A stretch of DNA of 51,487 bases from Candidatus Glassbacteria bacterium (GTDB lineage Bacteria > Gemmatimonadota > CAZMKB01), in NCBI GenBank assembly GCA_046760905.1, contig JBHIFB010000003.1, forward strand, positions 1 to 51,487, in the 5' to 3' direction. Positions 38,480 through 46,784 of this stretch are shown here, piece by piece (within the stretch, counting starts at the first letter, position 1; every line of letters starts with the position of its first letter). The translations under genes and the position numbers were made by a program. Below the pieces are notes generated by a model, which saw only the letters and a program-made list of their open reading frames with translations, was not told where the DNA came from and ran no database searches.

Positions 38480-39687
38480 GGAAGAGCACATCGCAGGATT
38501 TTAGAGTATCAGGCAGAAATGAACACGGGCAGACTGTGATCTTCGGCGTCTTCCTGCTGCTGATTTTCGCCGCCTACGGTGTCGTGATCGTGATGAACAT
38601 GGCAGAAGAGAGTTCTTCGGTAGCGTATGGATTCAGGGCGAGAGAGGCCGTTTATGCCGCAGAATCTGGTCTGGAATATGCAATAGAAGAGATAAAGGCA
38701 GGAATGAATAATGCGGGCAATATAAATGATCTGATGATCGGGGGTACGAGTGTGGATGTGAACAATGTGAACGACACCCTGCTTTCAGCCGTGGCCAAAA
38801 CTTCGGAGCCGGCCCTAACAAGAACAGTCGAACTGAGAATAGAGGTGAGCAGCCTTCCGGCCGCTTTGTTCTATGCGCTATATGTATCGAATCAGGGGAA
38901 TCTGAAATTGGAGGCGAAAACCACCATAGATGGAGATGTTCTCTTTAACGGCAATGATCTAAAAATCGGGAAAAAGATGTCTTTCAAGGAATCGGTGATC
39001 TTCGTTCCCCGTGTGGCATCCATTCAAAACAAAAGCGGGAAGCAAATTACACGGCATGACTATATGTACCTGGATGAACCTCCAGATGATTTCCCTGCCC
39101 TCGATACCGGTTATTACGATGCTTACATAGACAACCTATACGGGTATGAGAGTGTCGGACCTGTTATCAATAAAAAGACCAAGCTGAAGGACTTCGAGGA
39201 CAGTGTGCTCTACAGGGACGGAGACCTGGAGATCAAGGCGCAGGTCCAGGGGCCCGGCATAATCTGCGCCAGCGGAGATATCACCGTGGAGAAAAAGGTG
39301 AAGATCGGCCCCGATGTTCAGATGCTCTCCGGAGGAGAAATCGCCTTATCCAAAGGAAGGGTGACAAGTGGAAAGACCATTGCCTCGCTGCTTTTTGCCC
39401 GCGGTAAGGTGGAGCTTTCAGACGGTGCAAGAGTGACCGCCGCTGTCATCTCAACGGGGGATGTCAATTTAAAAAAAACCGTGAAACTAAAGGGAACCTG
39501 CTTTGTGTCCGGGTCGCTCAAGCTCGAGGGCGATTACAATATAGAGGGCAGTGTTGTTGCATCCCGCATCTCCAAGTTTAAAGGGAAGGGTAAAATAAAA
39601 TTTAACCAAGACAAACTGAATGATCTATCGATTCCGGGATTGAGCGGACGGCTCCGGGTGCTGCGTCGCGGATGGAGAGAGAGCTGA
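38476..39687 (+). CDS. Large PilX/GspK-like tip pseudopilin with a C-terminal beta-helix-like repeat region
   Basis: N-terminus HGQTVIFGVFLLLIFAAYGVVIV, which lacks Glu5 as in PilX/GspK. C-terminal repeats of the GDITVEKKVKIG / GEIALSKGRV / GDVNLKKTVKLKG type. Confidence 0.6.
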   Translation: MRKSTSQDFRVSGRNEHGQTVIFGVFLLLIFAAYGVVIVMNMAEESSSVAYGFRAREAVYAAESGLEYAIEEIKAGMNNAGNINDLMIGGTSVDVNNVNDTLLSAVAKTSEPALTRTVELRIEVSSLPAALFYALYVSNQGNLKLEAKTTIDGDVLFNGNDLKIGKKMSFKESVIFVPRVASIQNKSGKQITRHDYMYLDEPPDDFPALDTGYYDAYIDNLYGYESVGPVINKKTKLKDFEDSVLYRDGDLEIKAQVQGPGIICASGDITVEKKVKIGPDVQMLSGGEIALSKGRVTSGKTIASLLFARGKVELSDGARVTAAVISTGDVNLKKTVKLKGTCFVSGSLKLEGDYNIEGSVVASRISKFKGKGKIKFNQDKLNDLSIPGLSGRLRVLRRGWRES

Positions 39688-39733
39688 AATGGATTCATGA
39701 CAACTCGTGACGATAGGAGGAGATGAAATAACC

Positions 39734-40558
39734 ATGGAATATTTTGAACTCATCAACCTTAGCAAGGAACCCTTCTCAACAACCCCGGATCCTGCTTTCT
39801 TCTATAAGCCCAGGGAGCACACGGAGTGTCTGCACCGTCTCGAACTATCACTCCGGTTGAAGAGAGGGCTGAACGTTATCCTTGGGGAGGTGGGGACGGG
39901 GAAAACCACACTTAGCAGGTTTTTTTTGAGAGATTTCAAAGACGATAACAGAGACTATGAGTTCTTTCTTATTATTGATCCGGCCTTCCAATCGGAGGGT
40001 GCATTCCTGAAGAGTCTCGCCGATATTATGGGAGTGAGTAAATATGGTAAATCTATGATAGACTGCAAGAATGCCATTAAGAATCATCTCTTCGACCTGG
40101 TTGTCGGAAGGGGTAAGACAATTGTGTTGTTCATAGACGAGGGACAGAACTTGAATTCGAAGAGCATTGAAGTGCTGAGGAACCTCCTGAACTATGAAAC
40201 GAATGAATACAAGATCATTCAGCTTGTCATACTTGCCCAGATGGAGTTCATGGATCTAATCAAAAGACATTGTAATTTCGCGGACAGGATAAATTTCACA
40301 CATGTACTTAACCCGCTTTCGCGGGAAGATACGAAGGAGATGATACGATATCGCCTGAGAAACGCGGGGCTGGACGAATCAAGGGAGCTTTTCGCGGAAG
40401 AAGCTCTCGATCTCATTTACAACCACTCATCAGGTTACCCGAGGAAAGTCACGATGATCTGCCACTGGGCGCTCATTAGCATGATAACGAGGGGAATGGA
40501 TGTGGTAAATGGAGATCTCGTACATGACGTGATTGGGAACGAATTGAGACTGGTATGA
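39734..40558 (+). CDS. ExeA/GspA/MshM-family AAA+ ATPase (ATPase domain only)
   Basis: YFELINLSKEPFSTTPDPAFFY, Walker A LGEVGTGKTTLSR, Walker B VLFIDEGQNL, GYPRKVTMIC. Confidence 0.8.
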   Translation: MEYFELINLSKEPFSTTPDPAFFYKPREHTECLHRLELSLRLKRGLNVILGEVGTGKTTLSRFFLRDFKDDNRDYEFFLIIDPAFQSEGAFLKSLADIMGVSKYGKSMIDCKNAIKNHLFDLVVGRGKTIVLFIDEGQNLNSKSIEVLRNLLNYETNEYKIIQLVILAQMEFMDLIKRHCNFADRINFTHVLNPLSREDTKEMIRYRLRNAGLDESRELFAEEALDLIYNHSSGYPRKVTMICHWALISMITRGMDVVNGDLVHDVIGNELRLV

Positions 40559-42435
40559 AATCAAAGTATGAAACAGACGCGATGGGCAAGTTGCTCTCCC
40601 TGATCCGGGGCGAAGACAACGAACCTTCAGCCGGTGGCGCCGATATAACCGGATCTTCGCCAGGGGAGAATAATTTCATGAGAAGATTTCATTCGAGAGC
40701 CCTAAAGCTTCTCTCGAGAGTCGATTCTTCCAAGAGGTACGGAGTTGGTGTGGATTTCGGTTCATTCTCTATGAAATTCTCCGTTCTGGAGTTTAACAAC
40801 GGCAAAGGCATTATGCGGGATTCGCGGATCATGGAAAGGGGAAAGCGGGGCGAAGAGGAGGTTGCCGGCGATTGTATCAAAGCTCTGACAGAGAGCCTAA
40901 AACGGGTAGTCGGAAAGTGGTCATACAGGGATGTTCCAGTGTATCTGGCTATCTCAGACAGGAAGGTGCTGGTTAAGAGAGTTTTTTTGCCGAAAATGCC
41001 GGTCAGGGAGATCCGGAAGGCATTGGCACTAAAGCTCGAGAACGAGATCGAACTTGCTTCGGATAGAGTGGTGATAGGGTTTCGTTTAAATCGCGGAAAG
41101 AATGAGGGAGATGAGAAAAATTATGAAGTAACGGTTGCAGCCGCGAGTTCTGATTTTCTAGAGGAGATGATAAGGCCTTTCGAAGAAGCGGGATTCACTG
41201 ATATAAGACCTGTTTCGGCGTCCATGATATATGGTGACATGCTGAACACAACGATACCCTCTATGCTTGTCGACATTGGGTTAATGAGGACCGGCCTGTA
41301 CATCACTTCAGGGGGCATATCCCATCTTTACAGGGAAATCGGCATCGGTGGGCAGAACTTCACACGGAGCCTAACGGGCCGTTTCTCCTATTCCAAGGGT
41401 GTGCTGGAGTTTGATGAGGAAGTGGCAGAGAATATGAAGAGGAAATACGGTGTATCCAGGGAGAAGCTGGAGGAGGATGAATATAAAGACGAAGCAACAT
41501 CACATATTCCAATAATACTGAGGCCCCTGGTTGACAAGCTGTCGGATGAAATAAAAAGAACCGTGGAGCATGCATCCTCTTCACTCCGAATCGTTCCCAG
41601 AAAACTCATCCTTGTTGGTGGTGGTTCTTCCATGCCGGGTCTAGCAGAGCATCTTGGAAGTCAGCTTGAGTTGGAGGTGAAGTCCGCCGACCATTCCGAT
41701 TTCAGGTGGGAGGTGAGTTGTACATCAAAAGAATCTATTCGCTTCCACGAGATAGCCATGGCGGTTGAAGTGGCCTTATGGAAAGGAAACAACGAACTAC
41801 TCATCCCATCGGAGTACAAGTGGCGAAGAAGGTCGCACTTTGAAAGGAAAGCCTTCAGGTACGCTTCCCTCCTCTCGACAGCTTTGATTGTTTTCTTTTC
41901 CATTCTTGGCAAAGATATTGTAGCCGAGTCAAAAGGGAATGCAGTTCTGATCGATTCCGGTAAACTAATGACGATGGAATTGGGAGGCGACGCACAGAAA
42001 CTTGGCATGGAGAGGAAACAACTGAACCAGTGGAAGAAAATGTTGAACATAAGGTTGCCTGATGGGCCTGACATGGTGGCCATACTGAAAGAGCTCTCGA
42101 ATATTATACCGAACTATATTCTGTTGACGAGACTCGAGGTGATTCCTGAGGCAATGCGGGAATCAGATGAATCGGCGTCATTAGCTGGGGAAATGTCCGA
42201 AGAGGTGGAGGAGACCGAAAAAAAGAATCGATTTCTGGTATTGATGGATGGGCTGGTTATCGCAGAACCACTTTTCCAGGAAGCGTATCTGTCCAAATTC
42301 AACCTGATCCTCAACAAATCAGGATTCTTTGATAGAACGAGGATAATGTCATGGGAGAGAGTGAAGGAAAAAGACATGGAGCGTCTCTCGTTCTCCATTT
42401 CCTGTAGGTTGGGCGATTGGGCGGGAGAAGGCTAG
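40555..42435 (+). CDS. PilM-PilN fusion (GspL-like bitopic assembly protein)
   Basis: Actin-like ATPase region (VGVDFGSFSMKFSV ... LILVGGGSSMPGLAEHL), one transmembrane segment (ASLLSTALIVFFSILG), and a periplasmic tail of about 170 aa. Confidence 0.65.
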   Translation: MKSKYETDAMGKLLSLIRGEDNEPSAGGADITGSSPGENNFMRRFHSRALKLLSRVDSSKRYGVGVDFGSFSMKFSVLEFNNGKGIMRDSRIMERGKRGEEEVAGDCIKALTESLKRVVGKWSYRDVPVYLAISDRKVLVKRVFLPKMPVREIRKALALKLENEIELASDRVVIGFRLNRGKNEGDEKNYEVTVAAASSDFLEEMIRPFEEAGFTDIRPVSASMIYGDMLNTTIPSMLVDIGLMRTGLYITSGGISHLYREIGIGGQNFTRSLTGRFSYSKGVLEFDEEVAENMKRKYGVSREKLEEDEYKDEATSHIPIILRPLVDKLSDEIKRTVEHASSSLRIVPRKLILVGGGSSMPGLAEHLGSQLELEVKSADHSDFRWEVSCTSKESIRFHEIAMAVEVALWKGNNELLIPSEYKWRRRSHFERKAFRYASLLSTALIVFFSILGKDIVAESKGNAVLIDSGKLMTMELGGDAQKLGMERKQLNQWKKMLNIRLPDGPDMVAILKELSNIIPNYILLTRLEVIPEAMRESDESASLAGEMSEEVEETEKKNRFLVLMDGLVIAEPLFQEAYLSKFNLILNKSGFFDRTRIMSWERVKEKDMERLSFSISCRLGDWAGEG

Positions 42436-42439
42436 GCTA

Positions 42440-43024
42440 ATGAAGGCATTATGGCGAAGTATCCTCATTCATGCCCTGTTCCTCGGGTTGCTACTTGGCT
42501 TTTTCTATGTATTCCAGCTCGCTGCACAGAGAGAAGAGGTGGATAAGTTCAACAGACAGGTGGAGGATAAGGTCCAGGGGATTGAGGAGAGCATTAAAGT
42601 CCTGGAGGAGATTTCGGGTGGGGATGGTACAATGTCGAGGCTCCGTGAAGAAATCGAAATGCTGAAGGGGAGATTCGTACCGTATGAGCTACTGGAGGAG
42701 GTATCATGGGAACTCGCGGATTTGGCGAAAGAAGCGGGACTCAACCCTACGAGGATAATTCCTCCAATGGGGAGAGAGGGGGAAGAAGTTGAGCGGGACA
42801 CTGAATCCGGACTCATCATGGAAAAACTGCCGATAGTAATCGAGATGAATGGGGAGTTTCTGAAATACGGTCAGTTTCTCCAGACCCTTGAGCATTTCCC
42901 GTACCATGTTGTCGTCAAGGAGCTTGTCATATCATCAGAAGAGCCTGATGGATTACATCTGTCTATAAAGACAGAGTTCAGCGTCTTTTCCATAAGCGAG
43001 GATACAATCGATGCAGCTGGATAG
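42440..43024 (+). CDS. PilO/GspM-like bitopic protein
   Basis: N-terminal transmembrane segment ILIHALFLGLLLGFFYVF, a coiled coil, and a C-terminal ferredoxin-like region. Position is after PilM-N. Confidence 0.5.
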   Translation: MKALWRSILIHALFLGLLLGFFYVFQLAAQREEVDKFNRQVEDKVQGIEESIKVLEEISGGDGTMSRLREEIEMLKGRFVPYELLEEVSWELADLAKEAGLNPTRIIPPMGREGEEVERDTESGLIMEKLPIVIEMNGEFLKYGQFLQTLEHFPYHVVVKELVISSEEPDGLHLSIKTEFSVFSISEDTIDAAG

Positions 43025-43484
43025 GAGCTTCAAATCAAACAAGAAACTCACAGTCATATTCATGATTGTGATGATAATTGGAGTTTGGGGCATGGTGGCG
43101 AGGCGGTCGAAGGCGAAGAAGAAGCACGTGGCATCAGGTTTCGAACAGGATATAGTGGCTCCGATAGAGTTCCCCGTCGCTGAGCCTTCAACAGGCTCCT
43201 CAACCGGTGATTCGAACATCAGCTTCCACGAAGAATGGGGAAGAGATCCCTTCAAGATCATCAGGGTGAGTTCTAAACCAGGAGAAAAGGCCTCATCTCA
43301 AGGAAATGATAATCCGAGTTTCGTTCTCACAGCGATACTCACAGATGGCAGAATAGCCTCTGCAGTGATAAACGGAGAGGTGTGTTCACTCGGGCAGACG
43401 ATTTCCGGATACCTGATTGTCGATATATCACCTGATAGAGTGATACTTAGGAAGGATAATAGAAGGTTGATATTAAAGCTCTGA
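43011..43484 (+). CDS. PilP/GspC-like protein (tentative)
   Basis: One transmembrane segment. The C-terminus ASAVINGEVCSLGQTISGYLIVDISPDRVILRKDNRRLILKL resembles the secretin-interacting beta-domain. Confidence 0.4.
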   Translation: MQLDRSFKSNKKLTVIFMIVMIIGVWGMVARRSKAKKKHVASGFEQDIVAPIEFPVAEPSTGSSTGDSNISFHEEWGRDPFKIIRVSSKPGEKASSQGNDNPSFVLTAILTDGRIASAVINGEVCSLGQTISGYLIVDISPDRVILRKDNRRLILKL

Positions 43485-45190
43485 TGGGAGAAGGTATGAT
43501 CGTGAGGATTATAAGAGTGATTCGAAGGTTCAGCTGGTCGCTTTTGATAGTTTCTGCCTTTGCGGCTGGGGCCGCGGGCATGGATGAGGCCAGTCTGGTG
43601 AAGATAGAAGGCGTTCAGGCGAGGGGGGAAGGCGATTCTCTCATGGTGCTCATAGAACTCTCCCGTCCAGTTGAAGTCCGCGATTTTACTCTTACCGATC
43701 CACCCAGGATAGTCCTGGATTTTCCTGGGACAGTGACAACGGGAAAGATGCAGATTTTGAGTGTGAGCGACGGGACCCTGCGAGCAGTTAGATGGGCACA
43801 GATGAGTATCGAGCCTCTCATAGCGAGGGTAGTCCTCGATGTGGACTATGCAGCAGGCGAGATACCGAAATATCATATTCTATCAAAGGGTAACCGGGTG
43901 GCTATTGTTTGTGATGGGGGCATGTCTCGGTCCTGTGAGGATCCAGCGCTAGGCGGTGTTGAGGAAGACAGGGACAGGATAACCATGACGTTCAAAGACG
44001 CTGATATCGAGTCGGTGCTTAGGCTGTTGTCTGAGAACTACGGCCTGAACATAATATCCGATGGGAAGCTCGACCGCACTGTTACAACCAAGCTGGAAGG
44101 GGTCACAATAGATGAGGCACTGTCTGCCATAGTCAGGGCGAACGGATATAATTACGTGAGGCAGGGTGACATCATAATAGTAAAGGAGGATCTCGGTGGA
44201 AAAAAGGACATGGTGACCAGGGTATTCAAACTCGACTATATAGATGCAGATGCATTCAGGCAGGCATGCTCCAGGCTTGTCTCGAAGGAGGGAAGTATCG
44301 AAAGCTTCTCGAGACACCTTCTGGAGAAACCAGAAGGCGTGCTCTGGAATGAAAAGATTTTCAGGGACAGAAAGGACATTCTACTGGTGACTGATTACCC
44401 CGATGTGATTTCTGTGATCGAGAGCATGGTGGAAGAGCTCGATGCCCCTGTGCCGCAGGTTATGATAGAGGTGAAGTTCATAGAGAGGACATTGAGTGAA
44501 TCGGATGATCTTGGTATTAACTGGAATATAGACGCCGAATTCAGCGGAGAGCCACCCATTGATCCACAGCTTTTGTCTCAATTCGGTGGAACAGGAGAAA
44601 TATATATTCCGAACAAGGTGTTCAAGGAGGGTGATTTCACATTCGGTCAGCTCAAACTGGATCGGTTCAGTGCCATTCTGCAGCTCATCGAGCAGTCGGG
44701 GAAAGCAAAACTCCTCTCGAATCCGAAAATCGTCACACTCGATAATCACGAGGCAAGAATCACGGTGGGAACCAAGATACTCATACCTATAAGGGAAAGG
44801 GGAACGGCTTCTGATGTAATACTCGAGTCCTTCGAGGAAATGGATATCGGAATCAGCCTCTCGGTTATACCCCACGTCCACAGAAATGGCGATGTGACTC
44901 TTCAGATCCAGCCGAGAGTTGAAGAAATCACAGGGTATACGGGAGAATTCCTGGATCGTCCCATAATTGCAGAGAGGACAGCCACGACTCAGATCAAGGT
45001 AAAAGACGGCGAGACCATAGCGATTGGCGGCTTAATAAGGGAGTCTGATGTTGAGACCGTCCGGAGGGTACCGGTCCTTGGGAGGATACCCTTGATAAAG
45101 TATTTGTTTACACACAAGTCCAAGAGGATGGAGAAAACCGACTTGCTAATATTTATCACACCGGAGTTGATGACTGGAGATAGGGGGTAA
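43484..45190 (+). CDS. Secretin (PilQ/GspD family) with an N-terminal AMIN domain
   Basis: AMIN-like PPRIVLDFPG, secretin N-domains, and the C-terminal VPVLGRIPLIKYLF. Its ATG shares one base with the upstream TGA. Confidence 0.9.
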   Translation: MGEGMIVRIIRVIRRFSWSLLIVSAFAAGAAGMDEASLVKIEGVQARGEGDSLMVLIELSRPVEVRDFTLTDPPRIVLDFPGTVTTGKMQILSVSDGTLRAVRWAQMSIEPLIARVVLDVDYAAGEIPKYHILSKGNRVAIVCDGGMSRSCEDPALGGVEEDRDRITMTFKDADIESVLRLLSENYGLNIISDGKLDRTVTTKLEGVTIDEALSAIVRANGYNYVRQGDIIIVKEDLGGKKDMVTRVFKLDYIDADAFRQACSRLVSKEGSIESFSRHLLEKPEGVLWNEKIFRDRKDILLVTDYPDVISVIESMVEELDAPVPQVMIEVKFIERTLSESDDLGINWNIDAEFSGEPPIDPQLLSQFGGTGEIYIPNKVFKEGDFTFGQLKLDRFSAILQLIEQSGKAKLLSNPKIVTLDNHEARITVGTKILIPIRERGTASDVILESFEEMDIGISLSVIPHVHRNGDVTLQIQPRVEEITGYTGEFLDRPIIAERTATTQIKVKDGETIAIGGLIRESDVETVRRVPVLGRIPLIKYLFTHKSKRMEKTDLLIFITPELMTGDRG

Positions 45191-45458
45191 TAGCTCGGTG
45201 TGATGGCACGTTTCTTGATGGCTTTTTTAATTGTAATCCATGCTTTCTATCAAGGCAGCTCTGGTTGTTGTCTGTGAAGCAGGATTGAGTTGGAGGATCA
45301 CGGGTTGAGAAAGCCGAAAAAGGAAATGGATGGGGGAGAAAAAAAGAAGAATATTCACGCCCACTTTGTGAAGAGCCTCGCCGCACACGGTTTGACCGGC
45401 GAGGAGTTGAAAAGGATTCTTGCAGAGTTCCGCTTGAGACGCTGGAGGAGGGGAGAAC

Positions 45459-46682
45459 GTGGGGTCGGGGAGGATCTTCAATAACAATTCATTTTTTATC
45501 ATCTTCTGCACCCTTATCATCATCCATTGCTCCCTGCCTTCAGAGCCCATTCCAGTTGATAATCCTGTCGAGGCAGAATTTTTCTGGGAAAGCCCTCTGC
45601 CCGTATTGATCAGGTTCAGCTACAACCCGGATGGATGTGATGATCAGAGGATAGTGTATCCGGCAGGGAGACGGTTCGTGAGGTCTCACGAGGTTCGCCC
45701 ACTTGGTGTTAGTGAAAGAACCCGATATTCTGGCAGATTCGAAGGAGTGACTGAAGACGGGGAACGCCTTCAGAGCGAGGAGATCGAATTTTCAAATTCC
45801 ACGGCCTCAGCTGACAGTAGGCTGCTGGAGGTGATTACAGTGTATGTGGGCTGGGGTGATGCCCATCTACTAATACTTCCCAATAAGGAAGCTGTCCTAA
45901 TAGACTGCGGTGGCCAGAAGCATATCGCCGATCTGCAGAGTTTTCTCGATGAACGTATTTTATCTAACGGTTCAAGCGAGTTGAGGGCTCTTGTCCTGAC
46001 GCATCCTCACGAGGATCACATTGGTGGGGCCATAGGCGATCCCGAGGTGATCGGAGATGGAGTGCTCGAATCTTTTCAGGTCGACGCACTGCTTCTCCCC
46101 GAATTTGATCCCGTTGATTTTCCCTTAATGGAGGCTATAATACGATCTGCTTATGCTTCAGGCACGGCGGTCTATTACCTTCAGGATGGTGACGATGATA
46201 TTGTCCGAGCCCAAGCGCTGGCGTGGGATCCGGGGGTCCGGGTAAGAGTCCTGAATTCCGGTTCTGTATATGGATCATCCAACATCAACAACCTGTCACT
46301 GGTGTTGAAGCTTTCCTTCCATGAAATCGACTTCCTCTTCACCGGAGATGCAGAAAAAGAAGTCGAGTTGAAGTTGCTCTCACGCTATTCAGGGAGCGAT
46401 ATGCTCGCATCCGAGGTTCTGAAGCTGAGCCACCACGGTTCAAGGGATGCAAATTCACCCATATTCCTGGAAGCCGTGTCACCAAGGGCATCGATTCTCT
46501 CCATTGACAGCGGGGAGGTAGGCTGGAATTTACCTGATGAAGATGTTCTTGCAAGCCTCGAGCAACTCTGGGTGGATCTCTTCAGGACGGATACCCGGGC
46601 CTGCGATGGATCGCTAATGAGATCTCACATATCCATCCTCACAGATGGAGAATACTTCGAAGTCCATCAACTGAAGAGATAG
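45459..46682 (+). CDS. ComEC/Rec2-type metallo-beta-lactamase-fold protein without the membrane channel domain; probably exported
   Basis: LVLTHPHEDHIGG and LKLSHHGSRD. Hydrophobic N-terminus FFIIFCTLIIIHCS. GTG start after AGGAGG. Confidence 0.7.
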   Translation: MGSGRIFNNNSFFIIFCTLIIIHCSLPSEPIPVDNPVEAEFFWESPLPVLIRFSYNPDGCDDQRIVYPAGRRFVRSHEVRPLGVSERTRYSGRFEGVTEDGERLQSEEIEFSNSTASADSRLLEVITVYVGWGDAHLLILPNKEAVLIDCGGQKHIADLQSFLDERILSNGSSELRALVLTHPHEDHIGGAIGDPEVIGDGVLESFQVDALLLPEFDPVDFPLMEAIIRSAYASGTAVYYLQDGDDDIVRAQALAWDPGVRVRVLNSGSVYGSSNINNLSLVLKLSFHEIDFLFTGDAEKEVELKLLSRYSGSDMLASEVLKLSHHGSRDANSPIFLEAVSPRASILSIDSGEVGWNLPDEDVLASLEQLWVDLFRTDTRACDGSLMRSHISILTDGEYFEVHQLKR

Positions 46683-46784
46683 GGCATAAAATAACCTTAT
46701 TCGAAGCACATCGAATAGATTAATCGGTGACTGCCACCTTTTAGAGTTCTTGTCCGGACGAGCCGTCATTTTTAAATTTCCCAA

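Noticed and set aside
39471-39478. Homopolymer tracts as phase-variation switches: A8 in the PilX-like gene and T8 at 39920-39927 in the ExeA-like gene.
   Set aside because: Eight bases is at the low end for slipped-strand switching. Similar tracts of 7 nt occur in housekeeping genes here, for example a G7 in prfA at 22844-22850.
45204-45219. Second sigma54-like motif, TGGCACGTTTCTTGAT, after the secretin.
   Set aside because: The spacing is correct, but the highly conserved -12 GC is GA. It is too weak to call without a scoring matrix.
45290-45484. 64-aa ORF in the gap between the secretin and the MBL gene.
   Set aside because: The composition is highly basic and low-complexity. There is no recognisable motif or convincing ribosome-binding site, and the ORF overlaps the MBL gene start.
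46683-46784. Possible cobalamin riboswitch, because of a GCCAC-containing stretch (GGTGACTGCCACC) ahead of the btuF-like gene.
   Set aside because: The gap is too short. The rest of the B12-box and the conserved helices are not recognisable by eye.
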